From Petromyzon marinus (taxonomy: Eukaryota), in NCBI RefSeq assembly GCF_048934315.1, contig NC_133715.1, forward strand, positions 11,009,698 through 11,073,697: a stretch of DNA of 64,000 nt, written 5' to 3'. Positions 1 through 13,929 of the stretch are shown piece by piece; the first letter of the stretch is position 1; each line of letters starts with the position of its first letter. Made by a program: the position numbers and the translations under genes. The notes under the pieces were generated by a model. The model saw only the letters and a program-made list of their open reading frames with translations. It had not been told where the DNA came from and searched no databases.

Positions 1-744
1 TGCTGCAGCATGCAAGTCGGTGTGGGTTTGTGAAGGCGATGATTCACACGCGTTTTCCTCTGCTGTTGGTAACATAAGACCTGGGTATTCTGTCTACCTT
101 CTTCAGGTCGTACGTGGAAGAAACCAGAGCCTCTTGCTGTCTGTCTTCTTAACCAAATTGTTCTCTTCCAGGCTCCGCCGAGCACAAATGAAAGAGGCTT
201 CAGTTATGAAGTACGGGAACTCAGTGCAAGGTACGATCGTCCGTCTGCTACCGGGGTAGGGAACCTGTTCCTTACTAAAGCCCGAATAAAGCCTTTAGAT
301 AGATACCTTTGGCATGTAGCCACACATTAACACACATCTTTGGGTTATTCCATAATCCAAAACATTGTTAGGGTTAACCTTTGCAAGTGCCTGAACGTGC
401 TAAACGTAGAAACACGGTGTTCCTTTGTTGACAATAAACCCTCCTAAAGTATTTGCTTAGTGCGGCTAAGATGCTGGCAGTGATGGATGCGTCTCTTTGT
501 GGGCTGTTTCTCAGTGGGATGCCTCCTGTGGCCGTGGGCCGTCTGAAATTAAGTCGACAGCCATATCTGGCCCGCAGGTCATAGGTTTTTTTCACCTCTA
601 TAAAACGATCAAGCAAATCAAGTCTTTCATAGTATAAAAGTATCCCCTAGCTCCAACAAACATTATCTGATGCTAATTTCTGTTGGCAGCTGATTACAAA
701 TGGTGGATATTCAACATTTTTTTATATCAGGGGCCTCTCTCTGC

Positions 745-885
745 AAGTTGGATGGATATATGTTGAACTTCTTTCGCACCGTACGTCGCTAACCGTGTGA
801 GTCGGAGATGCGAGGGAAAGACAACAAACTAAACACGAAAGTAGTTAGAAAGAAATTAGTTTTCAATCTAGATTTAAAAGTGCAT
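745..885 (+). mobile_element. SINE-D family copy (short ~130-bp dispersed repeat, core ttgaacttctttcgcaccgtacgtagccaaccgtgctaatcggaggtgcggg...aaactaaacacaaaa)
   Basis: Same ~130-bp unit recurs in + orientation at 6135-6265 and 15604-15730, and in - orientation at 6990-7115, 24175-24335, 29735-29800, 30662-30720, 39950-40020, 58955-59060 and 60595-60660. Confidence 0.6.
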
Positions 886-2480
886 AGCTTCAGTGGCTTC
901 CTTATAAGCTGACCACTAATGTCTAGTCAAAAGAGTGGTATTCACTTTACGGATAATGGGGGGACCGGTGGCTCTGACCAAATCATATCTCAGAAGCTTT
1001 GCAAGATTGAACCTTGATAGTGCTTGAGTGGGCACCTACTATGCATAAACACAAATGTAACACTATCAGTAGAGGGCAGTGCAGCTCAATATTTGTTTAT
1101 ACTGCACGATGTTCCAACATCTCAGCTCCCCACCTTCACAAACCCACACTGATGACCTTGATGAAGGAAATAACTCCTATGACCCGCACGGTGTCGGAAG
1201 GCCATCATTCAGCAGTGGATTGACAAATTGGCTGTACGTGTACATGAAGGGATGAATATGTGAGGTGTTATTGACGTGGTGGATGGGAGTGTTGTTTAAC
1301 CAGCTGAATGACCGGACCGTGTCACGTTCACAGGCCCCGAGTGGGAGGAGATTATTGACGTCATGACCGCAGCGACGGTGAAGTTTGAGCTGCTGTCCTC
1401 GGCTCACCGCAGCACGGTGAGCTCATTCCACACGGTGACGCCGTCCCACACGGTGACGCTGTCCCATTCACTCTCGCCCTTCATCTCACACTTTTACATC
1501 TCTCAAACAAAAATGAGAGAGGCATCCAGGGGGGCTCTGAGGTCAGAGCGCCGAGCTGGTGCCGTTGACGTCCTTTGTTGGAGTCCAGGCGGCGACCTGC
1601 CATTAAACCCGTTCCCCAAATGCAGCGAGTTAACGGTCGAAGCCAGGGGTCAGCAACCAAAGTAACAAGAAGCGATTTTTTTTTCGAATTCAGTAAAAAA
1701 ACTCAATGCTTTAAGAGCCGCCAATACGTAATTCACGTAAATACCAGAGGGTGGTCCTTGATAAATAACGTCACGAAGCAGTCCTTAAAGAGTCACCGCA
1801 TGCAGCTACAGAGCCGCGGGTCTAAACCAAGTTACCAATGACTACAAAAAAAAAGCCCCATCACATTCTCTCAGAGGTTGAATGGCACTGGGTCAATTCA
1901 TTCCTTCATTCGTTCGTGCAAAGCCACCCAACACGTAAGCATATTTACGGCGTAACAATCCTCAAATTACTTTTTTACTTTCCGCCATTCGTTCGTTTCA
2001 TTGCTAATTCCGTCACGTGCGCATACCCCCAGCTGCCGCTGGAGCTCGGCGAAGGTGCGGAGAGAGCGAGCGCCGCCAGGGGACGGCGGAGCGGCACGTT
2101 CGTCATGTACAACTCGGCGCGTCTCTCCACGCTCTTCCAGAACTATCGCACGGCCGTCAAACGAGGTTCCACGCTCAAAGTGCAGCGGCAGTAGCAGAAT
2201 TAGTGGCAGCAGCAGCAGCTGCCAGAACCACTGCTGCAGCAAGCAACATGACCACTTAACGATGTCACTTGTTTGTTTTTGTTTGGTTGTTGCTTGGGCC
2301 AAACTGCTGATCCAGCTGAAAGTCATTACCAGCGTTAATTCTGTAAAGGAAATTAGTGACAAAAACATTCAATTTTGATTTAAAGCTTTCGTGACTGCAG
2401 GGATTCATATTCTTGGTTCTTTCGGTAAAGTCACGTAGAAGGGAAGCAATACAATAATAAAAATATTAAACAATAAAATT

Positions 2481-2530
2481 CTCACGACATTTCGACTGCA
2501 AACACAAGCAATCATCATCAGGTGTGAAAA
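2481..2530 (-). ncRNA. Minimal type-I hammerhead ribozyme core in PLE terminal repeat (CUGAUGA-stemII-GAAAUGUC variant)
   Basis: Minus strand reads cacCUGAUGAugauugcuuguguuugcagucGAAAUGUCgugag. The catalytic boxes are intact. Stem II is GAUUGC/GCAGUC with one wobble. Confidence 0.5.
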
Positions 2531-2704
2531 CCACAGCAAGAAAATTTGAAAAAAGTGGCGTTTTTTGTTTGTTAACGTTAGCACCACGGAGAGCGATTTG
2601 GCAGTTTGTTCAGATGGACGAGTCCATCTATGTTCGGAAAAGAGGAGGGGGGAGACGAAAATGATGGATGCGGTCTGAAAGCCACCTTAAGTGTGATCAA
2701 TCAA

Positions 2705-3130
2705 TTAAGACCCGAAATGGTTTATCAAATCCTTCCAATGATTGCTAAGCCAGAATCCATCTTCTTGGTTGAAATTTTCTCTGTGTTTGTATATGTGGAT
2801 AGCCTCATGAACGAATCTCTCATGGTAGCCAGATGGCTTGCAAAGAGCCTCTGTCTTGGCGAAGTCAATGTAATGTGAGCCTACTGAATTATAACAGTGA
2901 TCTGCCACGGCCGAGGTGTTGGTCCTACTGTGTTTTAGGCCTGCTTTGTGTTCACGGATGCGGTCCGAGACATGTCGTTTGGTTTCTCCAATGTAACTAC
3001 TACCACAGAGGCAACTTAGTTTGTAGACGCCAGGGTACTGTATGTCCGGAATCACATCTTTTACAGACGGAACCAGATCACGGATTTTATGTAATGTGTT
3101 GAAACGGACCTGGATCTTGTGTTTATTCAA
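2705..3130 (-). pseudogene. PLE GIY-YIG endonuclease domain (truncated ORF remnant)
   Basis: Protein ...VYKLSCLCGSSYIGETKRHVSDRIREHKAGLKH...FVHEAIHIYKHRENFNQEDG... matches the GIY-YIG (Uri) nuclease signature and the second PLE copy. It has no upstream RT. Confidence 0.75.
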
Positions 3131-3202
3131 GATTTTGGAGACCCTACATTGCGGGGATCACAAAAAAACGCCACTTTTTTCAAATTTTCTTGCTGTGGTT
3201 TT

Positions 3203-3250
3203 CACACCTGATGATGATTGCTTGTGTTGCAGTCGAAACGTCGTGATAAT
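3203..3250 (+). ncRNA. Minimal type-I hammerhead ribozyme core in PLE terminal repeat
   Basis: cacCUGAUGA(3208-3214)-UGAUUGCuuguguuGCAGUC-GAAAC(3235-3239)-GUC, with predicted cleavage after 3242. ACGU self-complementary helix-III loop typical of dimer-acting PLE hammerheads. Confidence 0.55.
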
Positions 3251-4924
3251 TTTATTGTTATATATTTTTATTATTTTATTGTTTCCCTTCTACGTGACTT
3301 TACCGAATAAAACCAAAGAGTATGAATCCTTGCAGTCACGAAAGCTTCAAATCTAGAACCAAGAATATAAAAAAAACATTCAACGCAATGTGTTTTTTAA
3401 ACCAGGCAACGATGAATCTTTGAGTGGGAAAAATCATCAGGCGTAAAGATGACTATGACGATGATTGCCCGCCATTTGTATGAAGAAACATACCAAGCTA
3501 GTTTAGTAACGTCATTAAAAACTGCAATGCATTGAGAAAGACCGAATGTGGATATTAGCTCGACTGTAAATGTATTTTACAAGATTTACAGAGTTCACTG
3601 ATTGACTGACTTGATAATATTGGGTGGGGGTTTAATTGCGCACCCCTAACACCCGAAGTTTAATAACCAAGAGTGACCTAATTTTGACTGCTTTGTTTGA
3701 CTATCAGAATGGCGAAATAAAATCCAGAGACTAAGATTTGGATAAGATAAAAAAATTAATGACTTAAAAAGTGACCAACTTTTGCGTAAACAAATCAGGG
3801 AATAACATTTTGTCATGATAATTGCTTGAGTTGGAACATCTTGTTTGCACTAGTGTCTGGGTGTCAGACGACCCATACATAGAGTAAACACGTCACATAT
3901 AAACATTTTCATTCCTACAGCTTGTACAGTGTACATTTATGCGTTGGATATAATTATGATTTCTGACCTTGGAGCTATAATTTTTTAGTGTTAATGTATT
4001 CCCACAAAATTTCCATGCTTTTCAAATTCACCATTTGGTGAAACTTGAGAAATTATTATTTATGTTGGGTATTAGTTTTGTACTGTAGTAAGTATGGTTA
4101 AAAACAGTAACATGTGCATTTTATGTACAACTTAATTTGTCACGTGATGCATACGTGCTGCCTCAATGTCTATTGGCCAATGCAGGAATGTACCCAAAGT
4201 TTCCTGAAGTATCTTCGTTGGATTTCTCGCTGCTGAATGAAGAGGTAAATGAAACACTTTGTGACTAACGATGCCCTGTATTCACATTGCTGAAGATTAA
4301 ACATTGCTTGAACCGCAAACACACGAGCGTGGATAAGCATTCAAATAAACACAAAGCAAATAAATGACGGTGCTATTTGGTCGGTCGTGTTCGTGGGTCA
4401 AACTTTAGGAAGAATGGCGCCTTCTCTACAACTACATCGTTCCGTTTGGGGAGCTGCTTTCTCGTTCGTCTCATCTGGAACCGGCGCGGGGAATTCACGC
4501 GACCGCGCACACGGACGTGGTACCAAATAAGCCGCCCTGGTTTTTCCATTTAACAAAACGTGTCCCTCGCGTGTCAGCGAGCGTCCGCGGAGCAAAGCGC
4601 CAAACGCATTGAAGGCCACACAATGTCGCGCCGAGGGGGCCCCTATTCAAAGTGTACAGTGCTTGAGTCAGCATTGCTGGGGGGGGGTGGGGTAATAATA
4701 ACCGTGCATTTGATTGCGGAACAGCAAGTCTCCCTTACGGAATGTCTGGCTTAAATAAATAATCTATTGTTCTGTTGACATTTGGTGCTCACTTATTGCA
4801 AGAAAACGTGCTTGGGTGCCTCGCAAATGAACACATTTCCATTGCAATGATATCATTGCAGAATGACAGCATGCCCGGGCCACGCTCGAGTCCATTAGCA
4901 GTCCTGGCACATTGGTGAAAATTC

Positions 4925-5145
4925 CACATTGCTACGGTAGTTAGAGCACCGCACTATGAAACCCACCACCCTCAGTTCGATTCCCAGCTATGGCTAATAT
5001 CAATGGTGAGGGATATCTGAAATGGTCCCGGCCACCACCTCCTCCACCACCACCAACCAATGTGGTGAAGTATGGTCAAACATCCTCTATGACTGACATG
5101 TAGGAAGGCCTTCATCTAGCAGTGGATTGACAAATTCCTGAAAAT
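4925..5145 (+). mobile_element. SINE-B family copy (tRNA-like head, core GGTGAAGTATGGTCAAACA, 3' box GGCCTTCATCCAGCAGTGGATTGAC)
   Basis: Same architecture recurs at 18480-18665, 42290-42480 and 56255-56420 (+). 3' box fragments at 1150-1225, 30395-30450, 32395-32495, 55870-55960 (+) and 37020-37085, 40640-40700, 56950-57010, 63715-63795 (-). Confidence 0.6.
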
Positions 5146-8100
5146 GTTCTCAATTACGTAAATTAATTAATCATTTTAAAGGATTGGTACATGTGCTTTA
5201 TAGATATCACTGTTACATTGTACCCCTTATCCTCTGTACAACTGAGCCATGCTGGGACCGTGCCAAGCCAGCTCAGCTCAGAAGGCGCCAGGTAGTTTTG
5301 CCACTACAGAACCCATGCCGTGCCACCGATGTCACACGCATTGAATGTGCTATTAGGCCCACACCTGGCCCTGCTTGGCCCCAAGCCAGATATAGGTGTC
5401 TTGTGAGGTGAGCTTTTGACGGCTCAGAAAACGAGCCACTTGAAAAACACCTGTATCACGAGAGCTCCCGTGCTGGCATGGTTCAGATGTGCAAGTGGAA
5501 AAAGAGTTATTCGTTGTGAATAACTCTTTATTAATGCTTAAGAGTCTTGGGTGGTAGTGGAGTCAATGGCAATGCCAGTTATGCCGCAGTGATGCTATAA
5601 GTGAATTGTTTGCGACGTCATAGTGTGTTTGCTCTGCCCTCCCTGCTTCACACACAGCTCTACAAGTTCCTGGTGGAACTCAGCATGGACTTCAGCTCCT
5701 ACTACAACCGTGTTCGCGTCCTCTCTGTGAGTAATCAACACGGACAGCTGTCTCATGATTTAAGATTCTCTGTCTTTATTTTGTGCATGTAGGCATTGTG
5801 TAGTTCTACATCTCACTCCTTGGGGCTGTGCATTTCCGTGAAGTAACGTTTATTTTAGATATTTGTGTTATCATTTGAAATGTTAGTTTTTTGCACACAT
5901 TAATCACTTAAGATAAAAATTTAATTCCAAAGCATAAACAGTAATATTTGAGAAGAAGCAACACTGACAACAATTCTGCAGTTATTTTCTTCATAATTTC
6001 GGTACAAATTATACGAAGAGGTAACCTCATGTGGCAGTAACAGTTGCCGACAAGGAGATGCATTGGCAGAGGGCCCCACTCAGAATCAGAAATTTAAGAG
6101 TGCAAACCAGTGGCATAGCATGGTTGTATGTGTATGTATTTATGTTGACCTTCTTTCGTACCGTACATAGCCAACCGTGCTAATCGGAGGTGCGGGGGAA
6201 GGACAACAAACTAAACACAAAAGAAGTTGTAAAGAAATGCGTTTTCAATTCTAGAGGCATGGAGCCTGGTGCAAAGGAATGAAATGGAGGCCCCCTGCCT
6301 ATAAGCCATCTTCTGCACCATCTGTTGATCTTCCATGATGCTCATGGTCCACCATAAATTGCATACATTGCACAAATAATGGCAGATGCGGATACCTGAT
6401 GCACAAATGGAAAATTAAAAATTCTCCAGTAGTGTGCGGCTGTGGTCATTCAGAACAGACCCTACAACGTATAATGACGCAGTGCCCCGGTCCACAAAAA
6501 TATACGAAGGAGACATCACAACGATGATACACTCTGCTGCTCCTGACGCGGTTATCTGGCTTAACCACCTGAATGTGAAATTGTAGTTGGTGCTCTTCAT
6601 CTACATTAGTCGTACGAAAGAAGATGCGTCCCCTCCGGCTGATGGGCCCCATTGCAGTTACACCTCCACACTGAATAGCCACGCCACTATTTCAGACCCT
6701 GGCTGGAGTGTCACCTCAGCCTATCATGTCCTGAGTACCACTTTGTGGAAGGTCAACAGTGGTTGTCTTGAGGACTGACTGACTCCTTCCATATCAATGT
6801 GGAATTTTCACCATTAAATGTACGGGGGGTTTTGTTTCCCCGTCGGAAAAAGTCTTAGGACTGTTAAAAACAATTGCGAGAAACAGCGGGCGAGCAAATT
6901 GATCCAAGAGAAACGGGAGGAAGGGCAGAAAGTGAGAAAGGGAGGCTGAATTTGTGAGTGGGTCCATGTCCTTAAGGCGTTTATTAGGAATACACTGGAG
7001 CTGTGCACTTTAAAATCTAGATTGAACACGCATTTCTTTAGAACTGCTTTTTGTGTTCAGCTGTCCTTCCCCCGCACCTCCGATTAGCGCGGTTGGCTAT
7101 GTACGGTGTGAAAGAAGCTCAATGTACATACACATTCAAGGCTGAGCAACTCAAGCACGTTCCCCTTTGCGATTGCCCAGGAACCCGTGCCGCACCTGTC
7201 CGGGATCATGTTCGCCCGGCTCCGGCTCCTCGAGCGTCTCCAGGAAGTGATGCACGCCGCAATGTCGGCCCTCGGCCTCCCGCCATTGAAACAAATTTGA
7301 CGCAGCCTGGCGCTGGAGCACCGTCGGCGCAAGGTCACGGTCGTGGGCCTGAGCCACAATAAGACAAATGTCATGGGTTGCCGTTTCTTAAGTACGAGCC
7401 AAAGGTGGGGAAGCTCTGACCCACGGGCTGAATACAACCCTCGACTTCATTTCACCTAGCCTTTTGCCACAATTTTAAATGTTCCGCAAAAGATATGCAT
7501 CACTGCAAACATCTTAGCCACGCTAAACTGGTACTAGAGGGGAAAATTTTTAACCTGGCAACACCGTGTTTACGATTTTAGACGTCTCGCAGTGGCAGAA
7601 GTCACAGAGTTGTGTGTGTTAACGTGTGGCGCTCCGCCAAAGTCCTGGTCGGCTCTCGGTAAGGGGAAGGTTCTCCCCATAAATCCATTGTGTGGGTGAG
7701 CCAACCTGTTACAGAATGATGAGGTCCGTACAGAGAGTAGTTTGTTGACCTGTCAGTGTGGAATTGTTAACTGTCCATGTCATGTGTGTGGGTTACTCCC
7801 ACAATTGTAAATGCATGAATGGTGGGGTAAAAGTGGAGCCCTGCAATGTCTTGCTCATGTCACCGCTGGCAGAAGAGCCTTCACGAGAGGGACCTCTCGC
7901 AGGCCCCTATAGAGGGTAATTTGCCTTGTTTTTCTCGTTGGCCGTACATTTTGGCAGACGTGGGATTACTACACCATCCACGGTGCACTACTACACCTTT
8001 ATACTGCGGCGCAGATGGGAATTAACCAAAAGTTTTAAGCAAGACCCTGCACAAGAGTTCACTCATTCATGCGTAAATAAAATGCATTCCATTCTCCTTA

Positions 8101-9629
8101 ACGGAGTCATTAATGACCACGAATTAGGTTTGTGCACCACTTTGTTTATGGCCTCTAGGTGGTGATTCTCTCTAACCCTAACCAGCACCCACCCAGAGCC
8201 AGCATGCACAGCTTCTCGCCCTCCCACGAGTTAACCAACCCCTCCTCTTTCTGAACTCCTCTGTGTATTTATCATGAAAAAGTTCAACGGACTCAATAAA
8301 ATCCCAACATTTAACTCTGCAAATGAAGACCGGTGTGTTTATTATAGTTGGACTGTATCATGCGTTAAGTTGCTGCATACTCGCGTATTGTCCCGACAAG
8401 CACATGCCACGTCCCGCTTAATGCGACACTGCCGAGCCGCTGAGAATAAAAACAACCAAATTAAAAGGTACGGACGGATGTGTTCCCTACTTTGTGAGTC
8501 ATCCAAAACTTTAAGTGGAATTGGATCTAGACACGAACATTTGCACAATCCGAATGTGTCACGGTCACAGGAATGGATGTCACGTGCACCACGCCACTGC
8601 CATGAGTTTCACACCAAACCGCCGTCTGGTGTCGCTAGCCATCGGGTGACGTCACCTTTTGTTAGCACGAAGACGCGTTGCATAATTATTACATTCTTAC
8701 ATTTAACATTATTACTTAACGTAAATTACCTGTTACAATATATGAAATTGTCCTTAATCTGAAATGTTTTCATCCGAAACTCATCCCTAATAAAGCAGAA
8801 AAGCTACACAATGCACCACGGTCGGGTCAAGCATTGTCATGAGTGTAATTTAAATACTGTTTAGTGATGAATTTCAGACCACGATATGACAAACACGACA
8901 CTTCAGGGAACAAGATGCCACATCCATGTTCCTCTCTTTACAAATGGAACCATTTTTCATGATTAATGTAACATTTTCGACGCATACATCACATTACAGT
9001 AACATTTTACGTTTCTGCATTCATCGCTGAACATTTTGCTTGCAACGGATGAACTGTTATCCATAAAGATAAACGCCATAACCACTAAGCGCACTGAACA
9101 TGCAAGTGTGTCACTCGCTTTCATTTCTCGAACTGATAAAGTGCAAAACTAAGCTGCATTTGGTTGTGCAAATTACCATGAGCAAACACAAATTGGATTT
9201 TGCGTGTCATTTTTTTATTTCAAAGAAGTTAATATACTAGCTTTGCTACACGATGTATTATCGTGTATTGTTTACTGTGATAGAAAAAGGAAGTACTGTA
9301 ATATTGCTTCTTTAACAACTAAACATTTAAATGAACATGTCAGCCTGTAGCAAGGCTTACCTCTGGCAATAATAAATCAGGGTGGCTACCTTAAATGCCC
9401 TCTCGTTAATCGGAAGCGTTCTGCCAGTGGTCTCCGCTTGGTGCACTTCAAGTGGTACCGGCGTACTAAATCATTCATCTTTTTCATATTGCAATTCACA
9501 ATCGTGCTGTGCGTAGTTTGGAAAATCAGGGATACAGATCCAGTATCGTGGCGTTGAATTCGTGTCAATTCTCAGCATGCTTCGTTTGCTTTGGCCACGA
9601 TCCCTGCATGGCCTGGCCCCTGCTTACCT

Positions 9630-10500
9630 CCACTCTCGTCTCACTCTTATCTCCCTCCACACTCTCAACTCTCCACTCTCGTCTCACTCTACCTCCCTCC
9701 ACACTCTCAACTCTCCACTCTCGTCTCACTCTACTCCCCTCCACACTCTCAACTCTCCACTCTCGTCTCACTCTACCTCCCTCCACACTCTCAACTCTCC
9801 ACTCTCGTCTCACTCTACTCCCCTCCACACTCTCAACTCTCCACTCTCGTCTGACTCTACCTCCCTCCACACTTAACTCTCGTCTCTTGTCTCACTCTTC
9901 TCCCCTCCACACTCTCAACTCTCCACTCTCGTCTCACTCTATCTCCCTCCACACTCTCAACTCTCCACTCTCGTCTCACTCTACTCTACTCCCCTCCACA
10001 CTCTCAACTCTCCACTCTCATCTCACTCTATCTCCCTCCACACTCTCAACTCTCCACTCTCATCTCACTCTACCCCCTCCACACTCTCAACTCTCCACTC
10101 TCGTCTCACTCTTCTCCCCTCCACACTCTCAACTCTCCACTCTCATCTCACTCTATCTCCCTCCACACTCTCAACTCTCCACTCTCGTCTCACTCTACCC
10201 CCCTCCACACTCTCAACTCTCCACTCTCATCTGACTCTACCCCCCTCCACACTCTCAACTCTCCACTCTCATCTGACTCTACCTCCCTCCACACTCTCAA
10301 CTCTCCACTCTTGTCTCACTCTTCTCCCCTCCACACTCTCAACTCTCCACTCTCGTCTCACTCTACCCCCCTCCACACTCTCAACTCTCCACTCTCGTCT
10401 CACTCTAGTCCCCTCCACACTCTCAACTCTCCACTCTCATCTCACTCTACCTCCCTCCACACTCTTAACTCTCTACTCTCATCTCATTCTCATCGTGCTC
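9630..10500. repeat. CT-rich satellite, ~42-bp unit (tccacactctcaactctccactctcgtctcactctacctccc) x ~20
   Basis: Direct tandem periodicity visible in the sequence, with strong strand asymmetry (polypyrimidine on +). ORFs 9509-10234 and others are frame translations of it. Confidence 0.95.
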
Positions 10501-11460
10501 CCCACCCTATCCTCTATCGTTTTGCTCTACTCACTCCACACACTCTAATACCTCTCCCCCCTCATCTCACTACTGCCCACAACGCACTCTCCTACCATTC
10601 ACAACTCTCATAAGCTAGCATTGCATCACCCTGTGAGGTGATTTCACAGGATGCCCTGAAGTAATTCCAGGAGGCCTCTTAATTTACTCAAGATTGTTTT
10701 CATTATTACTAGGTACACACTTTAAATTCCTTGTTCACTGCTTGTAAAACCTATTTATTTTTCTTAGCTAATAAAAACAAATTGAGTGCAAAACCCCAAA
10801 TTGTATTTGAAATGTCTATAGGTTATTTGGTGACTGGGATCAGGCCATACACTCGCTACACTCGAGAAGTCGGCTCAATTGTGGATTGCTAATACTCAGA
10901 CTTGAAACTAGGTTCTCAGCAGTGCTAGTTCAGTGCTTTGACACATTGCTAACCCCCCGGGGAACCTCGCTTAGACTTCACACCTGCGGTTGCAGAAGAG
11001 AATCTCAAGACGATTGCTTGTGTTGCGATCGAAACGTCGTGATTTGTTTTATTGTATTAATTTTTATATCTACGTGACTTTACCGAAAGACCCAAAGAGC
11101 ATGAATTCCTGCAGTCACGAAAGCTTTAAGTCAAGATTTAACCGCCTCTACGGGGAGGGTTTCCACACAACCATTATATATTTTAACAGATTCCGGGACA
11201 AGAAGGCTCCTCTGGTCGAGTCGCTCACTTTTCTGCAGAGATGCCACGACACCAAGGTAATACCAATCGCCTTTACACTCACATCTGCTACTGTAACCTC
11301 TAATGCTAAACGTATCTTGTTCAGGGCCGGCCTAGCCCTGATCTCAGAGAGAATAAGATTGCTCCGTTTTGAACTAGATAATTTAGACAAGACTCTCTTA
11401 CAATCACACTTAGCATTGACATAAAAAATGTCTGCATCTAATTAGGACTATGTAGATAAC

Positions 11461-12361
11461 ATGACAGCCTCTTCAGCCGCCTCGATGTCAGATAAATGTA
11501 AAGAGAACCTGATTTCCAAGTTCAACCTCCTGTCTAAGAAGAATCCAGAGCCACACATTAAAAAGTTAGACGTTGATAAGATTGTTATCAATCAGAGTAA
11601 CAGCCCAATTTCTGATGGCCTAAAATGGGTACTAGCTAAAGGGTTGAATTTCGCAGTCACCCCTAAACACATCCCAGTTGATGATATCATTGCCCAGGTC
11701 GACATAGCCCTTAAAGGTTTGGGACACATTCCTGCAGACGTGGTGAGATCGGAAATCGCTGCAACCCTAAAAAACGCTAAGAAACCCATTAGCAACATCA
11801 GCAAGGATGAGCGCTTTGAGCTTGCTCAACTGAAAAAGAGAGATGATATCGTCATCCTCTCAGCTGACAAGAGCAATGCCACTGTCATCATGGATAAAAT
11901 CACATACAATAACACAATTCAGGACCTACTTAATGATGGCAGCTATACCAAAATCAATAGAGATCCTACCAACCGCCTGGTTACGAAAACCAATCATCAC
12001 TAACTCGACATCTTTAATCGAACCAACCAAGTGTCTCTCTCTAAAACCCTCTGCTGCTCGACCACCCAGATTTTATGGCTTACCAAAAATCCATAAAGAT
12101 GGTACACCACTCCGTCCTATCGTCTCCACCATTGACTCACCCACCTACAAACTGGCCCGATTTCTGTCTGAGACTTTACAACCATTCACTGGTAAGACCA
12201 CCTCAGCTGTACTTAATTCAGCTCACCTGGTATCTCTAATTAAATACATCTCACTATCTCCAGGTGATTTGCTTGTCAGCTTCGATGTAGTTTCTTTGTT
12301 TATCAAAGTTCCTGTGACTGACACCATGCAATCATTGAAGATTTGGTCCAACAAGGACTGA
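11461..12361 (+). pseudogene. PLE ORF N-terminal region and RT domain start (two overlapping frames, frameshifted)
   Basis: ORF 11843-12361 contains PRFYGLPKIHKDGTPLRPIVS (RT motif 1/2 region of PLEs). ORF 11461-12003 is the upstream N-terminal part in another frame. Confidence 0.7.
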
Positions 12362-12770
12362 ATGCTGATGTACCCGCCCTGGTGAGACACTGCATCACCA
12401 ACACTTACTTCACCTGGAATTGTACATTCTACAAACAAGTTGAAGGTACTCCAATGGGTGCTCTCTTATCACCAGTGGTAGCCAATGTTTTAATTTTGAG
12501 ACAGATGCCATCCAGACATCCATCCTACGTCCTTCCTTGTGGAAGAGATACGTAGATGACACATTCGTCATATGGCCACATGGCCTGCCAGCTCTGAACC
12601 AATTCTTAAACCACATCAATTCCATACAGCCAGCCATCAAATTCACCATGGAGGTAGAAAAGGATGGCAAGTTACCATTCTTGGATATTTTAATCGAAAA
12701 TAGACCAGATGGCTCATTGGGACACTGTCTACAGGAAAGCCACCCACACGGATGCCAATCTAAAACCTGA
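12343..12770 (+). pseudogene. PLE reverse transcriptase core (motifs A-C), frameshifted
   Basis: GTPMGALLSPVVANV in ORF 12343-12555. YVDDTFVIWPHG and KFTMEVEKDGKLPFLD in ORF 12537-12770. Confidence 0.75.
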
Positions 12771-13448
12771 CTCCCACCACCATCCAGCCCAGAAGAATTC
12801 CCTCATCAAAACTCTACACTATAGGGCTCGTTACATTTCCGACCATCACCACCTAGCCAGTGAACCGGACCATGTACACCAAGCCCTCAAGATGAATGGA
12901 TATTCGGATTGCACAATCTGTAAAGCTGTCACCCCAACCGTTGGGAAAGAACCACCTGAGGACCCATTCAAAACCATCACCTTGCCATACATAGCAGGGG
13001 GCACCAAAAAGATTTACAAAATCATGAGCAAACACAAGATCCAGGTTCGATTCAACACAGTACATAAAATTTGTGATCTGATCCCATCTGTGAAGGATGT
13101 GATCCCTGACATGCAATACCCCGATGTCTACAAACTAAGCTGTGCCTGCGGCAGTAGTTACATTGGGGAAACTAAGCGACATGTCTCAGACCGTGTTCGC
13201 GAACACAAGGTGGATCTGAAACATGGTAGGATCAACACCTCTGCCGTGGCTGATCATTGTTTAACGCTCTGGGCACAGATAAAATTGATTTCTCCAAGAC
13301 GAAGGTACTATGCAAACTCACTCGCTATCAACAAAGATTTGTTCATGAAGCCATCCAGATATATAAACACAGACACAATTTCAACCAAGAAGATGGGTAC
13401 AAACTGATCAATCATTGGAAGGACGTTATTAACCAGGTAAAGTCATAA
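12709..13448 (+). pseudogene. PLE GIY-YIG endonuclease domain (frameshift near 13257)
   Basis: ...VYKLSCACGSSYIGETKRHVSDRVREHKVDLKHGRINTSAVADHC... then (other frame) ...QRFVHEAIQIYKHRHNFNQEDGYKLINHWKDV. Highly similar to the 2705-3130 copy. Confidence 0.8.
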
Positions 13449-13929
13449 CTGGCTGTGATGCTTCTATCCTACCTGTCTATGTTAGCAGGTATTTCCGACT
13501 CTCTGAGTTACATTACCTTGTTAAATGTCTTTACATTAGCAGGCCAAATGTCTCACTAACATAGCTGCTGCTCCCTTTTCCTCGATGCGGCGGTGGCGCT
13601 CGTTTAATAGGCTGAATGTGTCTCATTAACACAGCCGCTGCTGCGGGAGCCGTCTCACATTGACATGCTAATCTCTAATCTCGAGCAATACAGTGGCTTC
13701 TTCAGCACCATAGTCGTGGGGTTACATTAACAGATTGGCATGCTAATCTCTAGCAATACAATCGCCGAGGTATACCTAGCGCTGCGATCTTACGTTTACT
13801 TGCAAATTCCATCTCTAGCCCCGCCCACTTACCCTTGGGTTATACCCATCTCAAACTTATATAACCTTTGGCTGCAGTAGCTCTCTCGCTGTATTTCTTC
13901 CTGCCTCAGCAATCCGCCTGCTGTATTTT

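Larger units (their letters stand above)
2377..3353 (-). mobile_element. Penelope-like element (PLE) 3' fragment: GIY-YIG endonuclease remnant flanked by inverted ~195-bp terminal repeats (pLTR family 1)
   Basis: Repeat 2377-2568 is the reverse complement of 3159-3353. The ORF between them encodes the GIY-YIG motif and is near-identical to the C-terminus of the PLE copy at 12709-13448. Confidence 0.75.

Noticed and set aside
9509-10613. S/L/P/T-rich ORFs (241 aa and others) over the CT-rich 42-bp satellite
   Set aside because: Repeat translations on both strands, with periodic peptides (LSTLHSRLTLPPST...).
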